The notes: generated from the letters alone by a model not told the origin. Shown: positions 50,656 through 62,692, counted from the stretch's first letter. The stretch: DNA of 64,000 nt from Thermoleophilia bacterium (GCA_046330395.1 JAXLSS010000008.1:40618-104617); one strand, 5' to 3'. Numbers and translations are program-made.

Positions 50656-51742
50656 GGCCGCACCTCGTAGACGTGGTTGAACGGCGCTCCCGCGGCGCGG
50701 CGGAAGCGCGTGAAGCCGGCGCGCCGCTGGCGAGCTCCTCGATCCGGGCCTGGCCGGCCTGCGCGCCGAGCGCCAGCCCCACCTCCTGCGACAGCGAGGC
50801 CGGGGTGCAGAGCAGCGTCGAGAAGCCGTAGTAGGCCCGCCCGATGGTGAGGTTGTCCTCCACGCCGCCGCCCGCGGCGGGCTCCACGATCATCCAGGTG
50901 CCGTCGCCGGCGAGCGCTGCGGCGCACATGCCGGGCCGCCTCGCCGGGTCCCCCAGGTCGTGCAGGCAGTCGAACATGGTCACGAGGTCGTACCCGGCGC
51001 CCGCGAATCGCGACGCCGGCGCCACCTCGAACCTGCACGCGATCGGCCACGCCGGCCTCTCCGCCCGCCCGCGGGCCACCTCGATGGACGCGGGGTGGTA
51101 ATCGGAGCTGAAGAACGTGGAGGCCGGAAGGCTCGGCCATCAGGACGGTGGAGGCGCCGTGCCCGCATCCCACGTCGGCCACGCGGGCGCCCGCCCGCAG
51201 CTTGGCGGCCACGCCGTCCAGCGCCGGCAGCCAGGAGGGGATCAGGTGGGCGTTGTAGCCCGGCCGGAAGAACCGCTCACAGCCGTCGAACACGTCGCTG
51301 TGCTCAAAGCACCAGCCCGCCCCGCCGCGGGCGGCCTCGGTGACCCGCGGGGAGTCCAGCACCGACCCCACCGCGATCTGGAAGAACCCGGGGAGGTAGG
51401 CGGGGCTGGTGGGGTCAGTGAGGGCCACCGCGTGCTCGAAGTGGCCTGTACCGGCCCGTTGCGGGGTCGTAGTCCACGTAGCCGCCCGCGGCCTGCGCGT
51501 TCAGCCACTCGCGCACGTACCGCTCGGCAGCGCTGGCGCGCCGGGCCAGTTCGCCGGGGCTCACCGGTCCGCGGGGACGGCCATGGCGCGGTACAGGCCC
51601 AGCTTGTCGCCCATCGTGACCAGGGCCGCGTTGAGGGTGGCGCGCCGACCTCGTCGACGGCGCGGAAGACGAAGGACATCAGCTTGTCGTGGTCGATCGG
51701 GGGGATCTCGCCGAGCAGGGCATCGGCGTCTTCGGTGGGCAT
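50652..51742 (-). pseudogene. class I SAM-dependent methyltransferase with N-terminal winged-helix/dimerisation domain, many frameshifts
   Basis: MPTEDADALLGEIPPIDHDKLMSFVFRAVDEVG, LNAALVTMGDKLGLYRAMA, SPAYLPGFFQI...ERFFRPGYNAHLIPSWLPALDG...VADVGCGHGAS, YDLVTMFDCLHDLGDP...DGTWMIVEP, YYGFSTLLCTPASL, and FNHVYEVRP at the stop (50652), in three frames. Confidence 0.75.
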
Positions 51743-51891
51743 CAGGAGCACCAGCGTCCCGTCCACCGGCGATTGATGTCCGACCGTGTCGCTGCAACTT
51801 GACCGCACGTCCGGAATCGGCGGCGCCGGGGTCGCGACGTGCATCCCAGTCCCGCCGGAACGGACGGTCCGCGGCGCAGGCGACCCACGAC

Positions 51892-52870
51892 ATGCTGTCG
51901 GAGGTGCTCCGCAACGTGCGCCTGCGCGGCGCGGTGTTCTACGACGTGCGGGGTGGCAGGTCGTGGTCCGGGAGGGCTGGCGGCACGCGACATCGCGGCG
52001 GCCGTCATGCCGGGCTCGGAGCACGTGATGGAGCACCACGTGGTGACGCGGGGGAGGCGTGGGGCGCCATCGTGGGCGAGCCCGCGGTGCGCATGGGCGT
52101 GGGGGACATCGTGGTGGTGCCGCACGGCGACCCGCAACGTGGCCAGCACCGTTCGCGCCGCCGGCACCTGCGGACGTGGCCTGGCACATCGCCACCGCCA
52201 ACGACCCCAAGCCCATCCCGGTGATCCTCAACGGGCGCCGCCCGCATCTCGCCGGTCACCGAGGACGACGACGCTCCCACCGTTGTGGCGTGCGGGTTCC
52301 TGGGATGCGACCTGCGGCCGTTCAACCCGCTCATCGGGAGCCTGCCGCGACTGCTGCACATCCCGGCCGAGGGGGCGCGGGGCTGGAGCGTCGACGCCGT
52401 GCGTCACGCGGTGCGCGGCTGCACGAACGGCGCCCGGGCAGCGACGTGGTGCTGGAGCGGCTCAGCGAGATGATGTTCGTGCGGACGCGGTGCGCCGGTA
52501 CATCGATGGCCTGCCCGACGAGGCCACGGGATGGCTGGCGGGGATGCGCGACGACTGCGTGGGCGCGGCGCTGGCGCTCATCCACGCACAACCCGGCCAC
52601 GCCTGGACCGTGGATGCCCTCGGTGCGCAGGTGGCCTGTCGCGCCCGGCATTCCATGACCGGTTCACGCGCCTGGTGGGCGATGCGCCCATGCAGGTACC
52701 GGCGGCAGCGCTGCAGGTGGCCGCCACGCATCTGCGCGACACGGACGCGCCCGGGTGCTGGCGGTGGCCCAGCGGGTGGGCTACGGCTCGGAGTCCGCCT
52801 TCAGCAGAGCGTTCAAGCGCATCGGGCAGCGCGCCGTCCGGATGCAAGGCGCGCCCACGGCTCCGACTGA
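51892..52870 (+). pseudogene. AraC-family regulator with N-terminal cupin, many frameshifts
   Basis: MLSEVLRNVRLRGAVFYDV, IAAAVMPGSEHVMEHHVV, AIVGEPAVRMGVGDIVVVPHGD, VRRYIDGLPDEATGWLAGMRDDCVGAALALIHAQPGHAWTVDALG, FHDRFTRLVGDAPMQ and GYGSESAFSRAFKR, in alternating frames. Confidence 0.7.
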
Positions 52871-52878
52871 CCACGAGA

Positions 52879-52960
52879 TGGGGATGGGGGGAGTCGAACC
52901 CCCACGAGGTTTCGTGCGGTGTGCTTGAGACCACCGCGTCTGCCATTCCGCCACATCCCC
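52879..52960 (-). tRNA. tRNA-Leu (anticodon CAA), long variable arm, one extra base in the anticodon stem
   Basis: Reverse complement GGGGATGTGGCGGAATGGCAGACGCGGTGGTCTCAAGCACACCGCACGAAACCTCGTGGGGGTTCGACTCCCCCCATCCCCA. 7-bp acceptor GGGGATG/CATCCCC, T-arm GGGGG-TTCGACT-CCCCC, loop CTCAAGC. No encoded CCA. Confidence 0.85.
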
Positions 52961-53027
52961 GTGGCGCCGCATGGTACCTGCGCGGGCCGGCCGGCCGGTG
53001 TCCTGGGCCGGCCGGCGACCACGGGGA

Positions 53028-54418
<1,391 letters not shown>

Positions 54419-54443
54419 GGGGTGTCCTTCCTTGAGGGTGTGC

Positions 54444-55507
54444 TCAGGACGGCGGAGCATAGCGGCGGGTGCCGCCGGCCCCGGCCGACTCGCTTGGTTG
54501 GTGAATGCAGGTGGGATCCTCGGCCAGGGGGTCGCCCGTGGCGGCCCAGGCACGGGCCCGGCTGCCGCCGCACATGGCCCGGAACTCGCAGCGCCCGCAC
54601 TTGCCCTTGAGGCGCTCCGGGTCACGGATCGAGGTGAACAGCTCGGAGTGGTTGTAGAGGTCCACGGGTGACCGCTCGCGGACGTTGCCGGCGGGCATGG
54701 GCAGGAACCCGCTGGGGCACACCTGGCCGTCGTGGGAGATGAACATGAACCCGCGCCCGCCCAGCACCGGCGGCGGCACCCGGGTGCCGCCCCGCTGGGC
54801 CAGCACGCGCCGGTACGGCGGGGCCTCGGTGACCTTGATGCGCATGGGCACCACGTCGGCCAGGTCGGCGAGGCGGTTGAAGGCGGCCTCGTGCTGCTCG
54901 GGCGTCAGCATGTCCTCCTGCGCACCCCGGCCCACGGCCACCAGGAAGAACACGCCCACATCACGGCGCCGACGCCGGGTGACCTCATCTCGGCCAGCGC
55001 GTCCAGCTCGCCCACGGTATGGCGGGTGAGGGTGCTGTTGACCTGCACGGGCAGCCCGAGCGACCGGGCGTCGGCCAGGATGCGCGACCGGGCGTGCGAG
55101 CCCTGGATGCCGCGCATGCCGTCGTGGGTCTCGGGGTGGCCTCGTCGATGCTGATGGTTACCTGGCGCACCCTCGCGTCGCGCAGGCTGGTGAGCCGCTC
55201 GTGCGTGACCTTGGGGGTGGCGCTGGGAGTGAGGCCACGCGCAGGCCCAGGGAGTAGGCGTGCGCCACCAGGTCCTCCAGGTCGGCGCGCAGCAGCGGGT
55301 CGCCGCCGGTGAGAATGAGGGTGGCGTCGGGGAAGCCGTCGGCCAGCTGGCCGATCATGCGCCGGGCCTCATCGTCGGTGAGCTGACCCGGCAGTGGCCT
55401 GGGCTGGGCATCACCCGGCAGTGCAGGCATCGATACCCGCAGGCCTGGGTGACCTCCCAGGCCACCACCAGGCCGGGAGCGGACACTGGGCCGGGCGCGG
55501 TCGTCAT
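54444..55507 (-). pseudogene. radical SAM / SPASM-domain protein, at least 3 frameshifts
   Basis: ATG 55507. VVAWEVTQACGYRCLHCR (CxxxCxxC), LILTGGDPLLRADL, VQVNSTLTRH, FFLVAVGRG, TEAPPYRR, then SPASM Cys motifs GKCGRCEFRAMCGGSRARAW...DPTC. Pieces lie in three frames. Confidence 0.78.
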
Positions 55508-55592
55508 CGCAACTGGAGGTCTATCGCACGCGGGGTGGTTCGCCCCAGGGCCAACCGTCTGTGACGGCGGCCGCGTGCGTAGACTCGCCCCG

Positions 55593-58198
55593 GTGGATGA
55601 GCCCGCAGTCCAGTCGTCCCTCGAGGAGGAGGCCGCCCCGGGGCAGCGGCTCATGCTGCTGATCGACGGCAACAGCCTGGCCTACCGTGGCCTTCTTCGC
55701 GCTGCCCGAGTCCATCGCGCGCGCCGACGGGTTCTCACCAACGCCTCTACGGGCTGGCGGCGATGATGGTGAAGGTGCTCACCGACGAGCGGCCGGGCCG
55801 GGTGGTGGTGGCCTGGGACGCCCCCGAAGGTGTTCCGGGTACGAGGAGTACTTGAGTACAGGCGCGGCGGCCGCAAGGAGACCCCGGCCTGCTGCGCGAA
55901 CAGCAGCCCCCACTTCCGGCCGCTGATGGAGGCGTTCGGGTTCGTCACCACCGAGTGCCTGGGGTTCGAGGCCGACGACGTCATCGGCACCCTGGCCACG
56001 CGGCGTCCATGGACGGTGAGGACGTGCTGATCCTCACCGGCGACCGCGACGCGCTGCAGCTGGTGGACGAGCGCGTGGCGGTGCTGGCCACCGGGCGCGG
56101 GGTCACCGACACCACCCGCTACACGCCCGAGAAGGTGGAGGAGCGCTACGGGCTGCCGCCAAGCCTCATGCCCGACTTCCGGGGCATGGTGGGGGACTCC
56201 AGCGACAACCTGCCCGGGGTGCCCGGCATCGGCGAGAAGGGCGCCGCCCAGCTCATCGTCAAGTACGGGTCGCTGGACGAGGTGCTGGACCACGCCTCCG
56301 AGCAGACCCCCAAGCGGCGTGAGGCCCTCACCGAGCACCGCGACAACGCCCTGCTCACCCGGCGACTGGCCATCATCGACCGCGACACCCCCGTCGACCT
56401 GGACCTGGCCGACGTGCCGGTGCTGCGGATGGACGACCACCGGCTGGGGGTGCTGCGCCAGACGTTCACCGAGTTCGAGTTCGACAGCCTGGTGCGCCGG
56501 CTGGGCGACCTCACCGGCGGTGCGGTGCCCGAGGCGCCCCGGGTGGCGGTCACCCGTCCGATCACGGTGGTGGAGGTGGCCCCCGAGGAGTTGCCGCTGC
56601 GGCTGGCGGGCGCCACGGAGGTGGCCGTCGCGGTGGCCGAGGACCGCTGGGCCGTGGCCGCCGACACTGACGAGGTGCTCACCGGCGACCTGGGCGACGC
56701 CGGCGCGGTGGCCCGCGCCCTGTCCGGCGTGGCCGTGGCCGCGCACGACGCCAAGGCCCTGCCGGACGCCGTCTGGGACGAGGCCGTCAGGATCACCCAC
56801 GACACCATGATCGCCGGGTACCTGCTGCAGCCCCGCCGTCGCGGCTACCCCCTGGACGAGCTGGCCGCCGAGGCCGGCATCGGCGTGGAGGGCGCCGACG
56901 AGCACCCGGCGGCACTGGCGGCCTCGCTGGTGCGCGACGTTACGCGGCGCCAGCGCGAGCAGCTGGACGCCGAGGGCCTCAGCCAGCTGTACGGCGAGGT
57001 GGAGCTTCCCCTGGTGGGTGTGCTGGCGGCCATGGAGCGCGCCGGGGTGGCGCTGGACGTGCACCGCCTCGCGGAGATCGGCGCCCGGGTGACCGACCGC
57101 ATCGACGAGCTGCGCGACCAGATCTGGGAGTCGGCGGGGCAGGAGTTCGTGATCGACTCGCCCAAGCAGCTGGGGCACATCCTGTTCGAGGTGCTGGGGT
57201 TGCCGACGTTCCGCAAGGGCAAGACCGGCTACTCCACCGACCGGCAGGTGCTGAAGCTGCTGGAGCCCAAGCACCCCATCATCGGGCTCATCGGGCAGTA
57301 CCGGGAGTTCTCAAAGCTTGAGAACACCTATCTGGCCGCGCTGCCCGCCATGGTGGGCCCGGACGGCCGCCTGCACACCACGTTCAACCAGACGGTGGCC
57401 GAGACCGGGCGGCTGTCGTCCACCAACCCGAACCTGCAGAACATCCCCATTCGCACGCCCCTGGGACGGGAGATCCGCGACGCGTTCATCGCCGCGGACG
57501 GCTGCGTGGTGCTGAGCTGCGACTACAGCCAGGTGGAGCTGCGCATCATGGCCCACTGCTCGGGCGAACCCACGCTGGCCGAGGCGTTCCGGCGCGGTGA
57601 GGACGTGCACCTGGCCACGGCCGCCGAGGTGTTCGGCATGGCCCCGCAGGACATCGACAAGACCACCCGCGACCGGGCCAAGGCCGTCAACTTCGGGATC
57701 ATCTACGGCATCTCCGACTTCGGGCTGGCCGAGCAGCTGTCCATTCCGCGCGCCGACGCCAAGGCCTACATCGAGACCTACCTGGCCCGGTACCCCCGCA
57801 TCCGCAATTTCATCGACACCACCATCGCCGCCGCCGCGCAGGACGGGTACGTCACCACGCTGCTGGGCCGGCGGCGGCCCATCCCGGAGCTCACGGGCCG
57901 CACCGTGCAGCAGCGGCAGCTGGGGGAGCGGCTGGCGGTGAACACCATCATCCAGGGCACGGCCGCCGACATCATCAAGGTGGCCATGGTGCGGGTGCAC
58001 CGGGCGCTGGCCGAATCGGGGCTGCGCACGCGCCTGATCCTGCAGATCCACGATGAGCTGCTGTTCGAGGTGCCCGAGGACGAGGTGGACCGCGCCGTGG
58101 CGCTGGCCCGGCAGGCCATGGTGGGGGCGTATGAACTCACCCCGCCGCTGGCGGTGGACACGGGCATCGGCGCCACCTGGCTGGAGGCCAAGCGCTGA
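55593..58198 (+). pseudogene. polA: DNA polymerase I; first roughly 450 nt carry at least 5 frameshifts, the rest is intact
   Basis: LMLLIDGNSLAYR / AFFALPESIARADG / LTNA / GLAAMMVKVLTDERPGRVVVAWDAPE / FRPLMEAFGFVTTECLGFEADDVIGTLA lie in alternating frames. From about 56000 there is one clean frame: 5'-nuclease end, then the polymerase domain (DYSQVELRIMAH, KAVNFGIIYG, QIHDELLFE). Confidence 0.9.
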
Positions 58199-58421
58199 CG
58201 GCGGCCGAGGAGGACCTGTACGGGATCCTCCAGGTGGCCCCGCACGCCCGCATCGAGGTCATCACCGCCGCGTTCACGGTGCTGCGCGAGGCCGCGGCCC
58301 GGGACGACTCGCCGGAGGGCGGCCGGGTGCTGGTGCGGCTGATGCGGGCCCACGCCGTGCTGGGCGACCCCGCCCGCAGGCGCGCCTACGACGACGCGCG
58401 GGAGGCTCCTTCACGGCCTGA
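58195..58421 (+). CDS. possible small J-domain-like protein lacking HPD
   Basis: DLYGILQVAPHARIEVITAAFTVLRE...AHAVLGDPARRRAYDD resembles J-domain helices I-III but has no HPD. No ATG/GTG/TTG lies upstream of DLYG in frame (first is GTG 58234). The stop is unclear because the frame runs antisense into the next gene. Confidence 0.3.
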
Positions 58422-59244
58422 AGGGTGTACGACTGGGCGAGACGCGCGGGGCTGGTCGCGCAGGCGGTGCTCGCCGTGCTCGTCCTCCGGGGCCATCACC
58501 CCGCCCTCGATGGCCTCCCACGGCACGCTGTCGTGCTCCACCAGCATGGTCAGGCGCATGCCGTGGTCCATCAGCGCGGTGATGATCTCCCCGAGCCCGC
58601 GGTTCCAGCTGTGGGTCACGTTGTGGGTGAACTCGGCGTCGGGGTCCACGTACGTCCTTGGCTCGTCGATCACGTCCGGGGCGTCCTGCTCGAAGTAGCT
58701 GAACCGCAGCCGGATCTCGCCGTCGTGTGACCGGTAGTCCATGGCCCACAGCCGGGGTGCCCCTCACGCAGGAACAGCCGCCCGCCGGGCCGCAGCAGCC
58801 CCGCCACGATTGCCGCCCAGCGGCGGATGTCGGGCAAGGCCATCCCAGGGCCCCCACGCCGGTGTACACCAGGTCGAAGCGCTCCCGTCCCAGCACCTCC
58901 ACCGCCGAGTACACGTCGGCGTGCACGAACCGCGCGTCGGCCCCCGCCGAGGCGGCCAGGTTGCGGGCAACCTCCAGCGCGGGCGCGGAGAAGTCCAGAC
59001 CGGTCATCCGCGCACCCAGCCGCGCCAGCGAGACCGTGTCGGTGCCGATGTGGCACTGCAAATGCACGCCCTCCAGACCGGCGACGTCACCCAGACGCGG
59101 CAGGTCGAAGCGCACGGTCCTGCTGAGGAAGGACGGGTCCTCGGTGAACCGGGCCACGGCGTAGCCGGGCGAGGCCGCGTGGGTGGGCACGCGCTCATCC
59201 CAGTGGAGGCGGTTGATCTCCAGGTACTCATCCGACGGGCACAT
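58386..59244 (-). pseudogene. class I SAM-dependent methyltransferase, at least 2 frameshifts
   Basis: NRLHWDERVPTHA, VHLQCHIGTDTVSLARLGARMTGLDFS (SAM motif I region), FDLVYTGVGALGW. Then LPDIRRWAAIVAGLLRPGGRLFLREGHP and MDYRSHDGEIRLRFSYFE...WNRGLGEIITALMDHGMRL in two other frames. Confidence 0.7.
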
Positions 59245-59294
59245 GGCGCCCGCACGCTACCGGGATACGAAACATCCCAATCACCCTTGGGTAT

Positions 59295-59303
59295 TGGTAG
59301 AAT
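59295..59303 (+). promoter_or_regulatory. candidate extended -10 element (TGgTAGAAT)
   Basis: Lies in the AT-richer divergent spacer, 40 nt upstream of ATG 59343. No good -35. Pattern match only. Confidence 0.25.
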
Positions 59304-59342
59304 TGGTGGAGCACCCTCACGCCGATCCCCTCGGAGTTCCCG

Positions 59343-60038
59343 ATGAGCGCACCGCCCACCGTGCACCCCCTCGCCCCGCGCTTCGCGCAGGGCATCACGG
59401 CCGCCCTCTGCATCGAGGCGCTGGCGTTCCACACGCCCGGTGCCGTGGTGGCCGCGTTCGTCCTGGTGGCGGTGGCCCTGTTCGCCCCCCGGTTCTCGCC
59501 GGTGGGGTGGGTGTTCCGCCGCGTCGCCCCGCCGCCGCGTGAGCTGGAACCCGCCGCACCCACGCGGTTCTCGCAGCTGCTGGCCGTGGTGTTCCTGGGG
59601 TTGGCCTCCGTGGCCCTGTTCACCGGCCTCACGCTGGTGGGGTGGATCCTCACCGGGATGGTGGCCTGCCTGGCCCTGCTGTCGGCCACCACGGGCCTGT
59701 GCGTGGGCTGCGAGATCTACCGCCTGGCGCTGGCGCGGCGCACCGACCACGGCGAGGACCCCGCTTCTACTTCGATGGGCCTGGACGGGGAGGGCCCGTG
59801 GCTGGTGATGCTGACCGCCCCCGGCTGCGCCCGCTGCGAGCCCGCCGCCCGCGAGCTGGAGGCCGTGGCCGGCCGCCCCGTGCGCCGGGTGGACCTGTCG
59901 CGCACCCTGTCGGCCGCCAAGCTGCCGGTGCGCAGCGTCCCCCGCCGCCCTGGCGGTGCCGACGGCCGCCTGCACGCGGTGCGCGCCGGCCGCCTGGACT
60001 ACCGCGCCGTGCTGGCCGAGGTGGCCGCCGCGGTGTGA
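59343..60038 (+). CDS. DUF4395 membrane domain fused to a thioredoxin-like CxxC C-terminal domain
   Basis: FAQGITAAL..., 3-4 hydrophobic segments, and GLCVGCEIY typical of DUF4395. Then WLVMLTAPGCARCEPAARELE (Trx-like CxxC). A compensating indel pair near 59940-59960 is possible (VPAALAV read out of frame). Confidence 0.68.
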   Translation: MSAPPTVHPLAPRFAQGITAALCIEALAFHTPGAVVAAFVLVAVALFAPRFSPVGWVFRRVAPPPRELEPAAPTRFSQLLAVVFLGLASVALFTGLTLVGWILTGMVACLALLSATTGLCVGCEIYRLALARRTDHGEDPASTSMGLDGEGPWLVMLTAPGCARCEPAARELEAVAGRPVRRVDLSRTLSAAKLPVRSVPRRPGGADGRLHAVRAGRLDYRAVLAEVAAAV

Positions 60039-60180
60039 TGCCGCCGGTGGCACCCCGCCGAGGCTGTCACCCGAGGCCACCCGCTGTAGACTGCTCGTTC
60101 GCCTGGTTGCCGGGAGCGTGTTGCACGTCTCGCGGCGATGACATCAACCGCAGTGCTCATCCCAAGGAAAACAACTGTCC

Positions 60181-61448
60181 ATGACGACCGATACCGACGC
60201 CCCTTTCCCGTCGACCTCGACACCCTGGTTCGCACTGATGGCCCCGGAGTACATCGAGGTGGACGGCCAGATGGTGCCGAACTACGTGGACGCCACCATC
60301 CCGATCTTCGGCGAGGAGATGTGGTCACCGGGAGGGTCAGCATCGACAAGGACGAGCGTCCTCGTCGACATCGGCTACAAGAGCGAGGGCGTCATCCCGC
60401 TCTCCGAGCTGTCCATCCGCAAGAGCGTCAACGTCGAGGAGGAGGTTTCCTCGGCGAGATGATCGACGCCCTGGTCATGACCAAGGAAGACCAGGACGGA
60501 CGGCTCATCCTCGTGGCAGGCGCCCGCTTCGAGGGTTAGCGGAAGCATCGAGGAAGCCGCGGGGGCGGGGCCGAGGGTCAGCACGTGGAGGGCACGGTCA
60601 TCGAGGTGGTCAAGGCGGCCTCATCCTGGACCTGGGCGTCCGGGCTTCCTGCCCGCCTCCTCGTGGACATCCGCCGGGTGCAGACCTGGACGAGTTCCCG
60701 GGACGCAAGCTGGAGTGCAAGGTCATCGAGCCGAATCGCAACCGCAACAACGCGGTGCTGTCGCGGCGCGGTGCTGGAGGACGAGCGGCGCGAGGTGCGC
60801 CAGAAGATCCTGGACGAGCCGCAGCCCGGTCAGGTCGTGGAGGGCACCATCAGCAACATCGTCGACTTCGGGGCCTTCGTGGACCTGGAGGGCATCGACG
60901 GCCTCATCCACATCTCGGAGCTGTCGTGGAGCCACGTCAACCACCCGTCCGAGGTGCTGGCCATCGGTGACAAGGTCGAGGTGAAGGTGCTCGACATCGA
61001 CCGCGACCGCTGCGCATCAGCCTGGCCTCAAGACCCAGGCCGACCGCAGAGCATGCGTCGACATCGATGAACTTCGACGTGGGCGGGCATCGGTGAGCAA
61101 GGCCTGGGCGAAGGTGGTCACCTTCAAGAAGGCAACAGTTCAGGAGAACCCACTGGCCAGTCGATTGAGGCCTGTGCATTATCTTCGAACTGGCCGCCCA
61201 CTACGTGGAGAACCCGCGCGAGGTGGTCAGCCAGGGCGACGAGGTGGCCGTGCGCATCATCGAGATCGACGCGGGAGCGCCGCATGCCTGTCGCCGTCGC
61301 TCAAGCGCGCCGGTGACGGTGGCGACGTGGCCTACGACGACTACGACCAGGGCGAGTACGAGCACGACGGCGACTCGAGCAGGAGTGGAGGAGAGACCCA
61401 CGATGCCGAGGTCCTGAAGACGACGACGCGGCAGAGACCGAGAGCTAG
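60181..61448 (+). pseudogene. rpsA: 30S ribosomal protein S1, many frameshifts and an error-dense stretch
   Basis: AAGGAAAAC RBS, ATG 60181. S1-repeat blocks VLVDIGYKSEGVIPLSELS, GTVIEVVK, VVEGTISNIVDFGAFVDLEGIDGLIHISELSWSHV, ELAAHYVENPREVVSQGDEVAVRIIEID and LSLKRA in three frames. Acidic tail; TAG at 61446-61448. Confidence 0.85.
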
Positions 61449-61468
61449 CCGCGCAGGCCGGAGGGGGC

Positions 61469-62071
61469 GTGACTGCTTCCTCCACGCCCCGTTGTCTGGG
61501 GCTGACGGTGGGATCGGATCGGGCAAGAGCACCGCTCCTTGCCGCGTTCGCCTGCTGCGCGGTGCCGCCACCCAGAGCAGCGACGAGGTGGTGCATGCGC
61601 TGTACGGGCGAGGACGTCATCGACGCCGTGGCCGCCTGCTTCGGCGCCGACGTGGTGGGTGCGGACGGGGTGGTGACCGCGCCACGGCTGGTGCCCAGCG
61701 TTCTGCACAAGACGGGGGCATCCGATTCCCGGAGGGCCTGCTGCACCCGCTGGTGGGCGAGGCCCGCACGGACTGGGTGCGCCGGATGCGCGCTGGTGGT
61801 GCTGCCACCGCGGCTGATCAGCAGGTGCCCTGCTGTTCGAGCTGGGGCCGTGCGAGCCACTTCGACGCCGTGGCCGTGGTCACCGCATCGCCTGGGTGCC
61901 GGGCCCGGTGGAGGCCCGGGGGCAGGCCTTCGCGGAGCGCGGGCCGCAAGGGCCGGAGGAGCGCAAGCAGGCGGCCGCCGACCGCGCGTTCACCAACGAC
62001 GGCGACATGGCGGCGTTGCAGGCCTGGGTGTGCGGCCTGATGGACGAGCGGCACGGACACCCTGTCCATGA
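61469..62071 (+). pseudogene. coaE: dephospho-CoA kinase, many frameshifts
   Basis: CLGLT then GGIGSGKSTA (P-loop, other frame), SSDEVVHALYG, EDVIDAVAACFGADVVGADGVV, FPEGLLHPLVGEARTDWV and HFDAVAVVTAS, alternating between two frames. Confidence 0.8.
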
Positions 62072-62692
62072 CGCTGCGCCGCAGCGTCGCCCTGGTCCTG
62101 CTGGTGGTGCTGGCCGGGGATGGTGGACCGTGCACGAGACGATGCCGGGGTGGTGGCCACGCGGCCGTGGTTTCCGCTCTATCTTCGGCCACGGTGCGCA
62201 GGAGGCCGAGCGGTGCTCCTCGGCTGGACTCCGGCGCTGGTTGCCGCGGTGGTGCACGTGAGAGCCGGTGGACCCCGGATACCCACGTCCAAGGCCGGGG
62301 CGGCCTGATGCAACTGATGCCGGAGACCGCCTCGGTCTACGCCTCCCTGATCGACCGCCTGTTCGCCGCCGGACAGGCTCACCGACCCCGACGCGAACCT
62401 GGCCTACGGCACCCGGTACCTGCGGTACCTCATCGACCGCTACGACGCGGTGGTGCCGCTGGCGGCCACACGGGGCGCGTGGCCAACGCCGACCGCTGGC
62501 AGGCCGCCGCGCGGGGCCGAGGGACGGCGGCTGGATCCTGACCGCGACATCACGTTCCCCGAGACGCGGCGCTTCGTGAAGCGGGTGCTGGGCGACGCGG
62601 TGCTGTACCGCCGGGCCTACCCCACGCGGCTCGGCGCGGCCGTCCCCGGCCTGGCCGTGGTGGGCCCGGCCGCCCACGCCCTGCACCGCTGA
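62068..62692 (+). pseudogene. lytic transglycosylase (SLT domain) with N-terminal anchor, many frameshifts
   Basis: MTLRRSVALVLLVVLAG anchor. PALVAAVVHV, GLMQLMPETASVYA (SLT catalytic region), DANLAYGTRYLRYLIDRYD (inferred by manual reframing; the listed ORFs give only TWPTAPGTCGTSSTATT), ITFPETRRFVKRVLGDAVLYRRAY in three frames. Stop at 62692. Confidence 0.7.

Noticed and set aside
48668-51079. 803-aa ORF read as a single large protein
   Set aside because: Only the C-terminal 352 aa (HAD hydrolase) are coherent. The remainder is read-through across the 2TM gene antisense, the NTF2-like gene and part of the methyltransferase in shifted frames.
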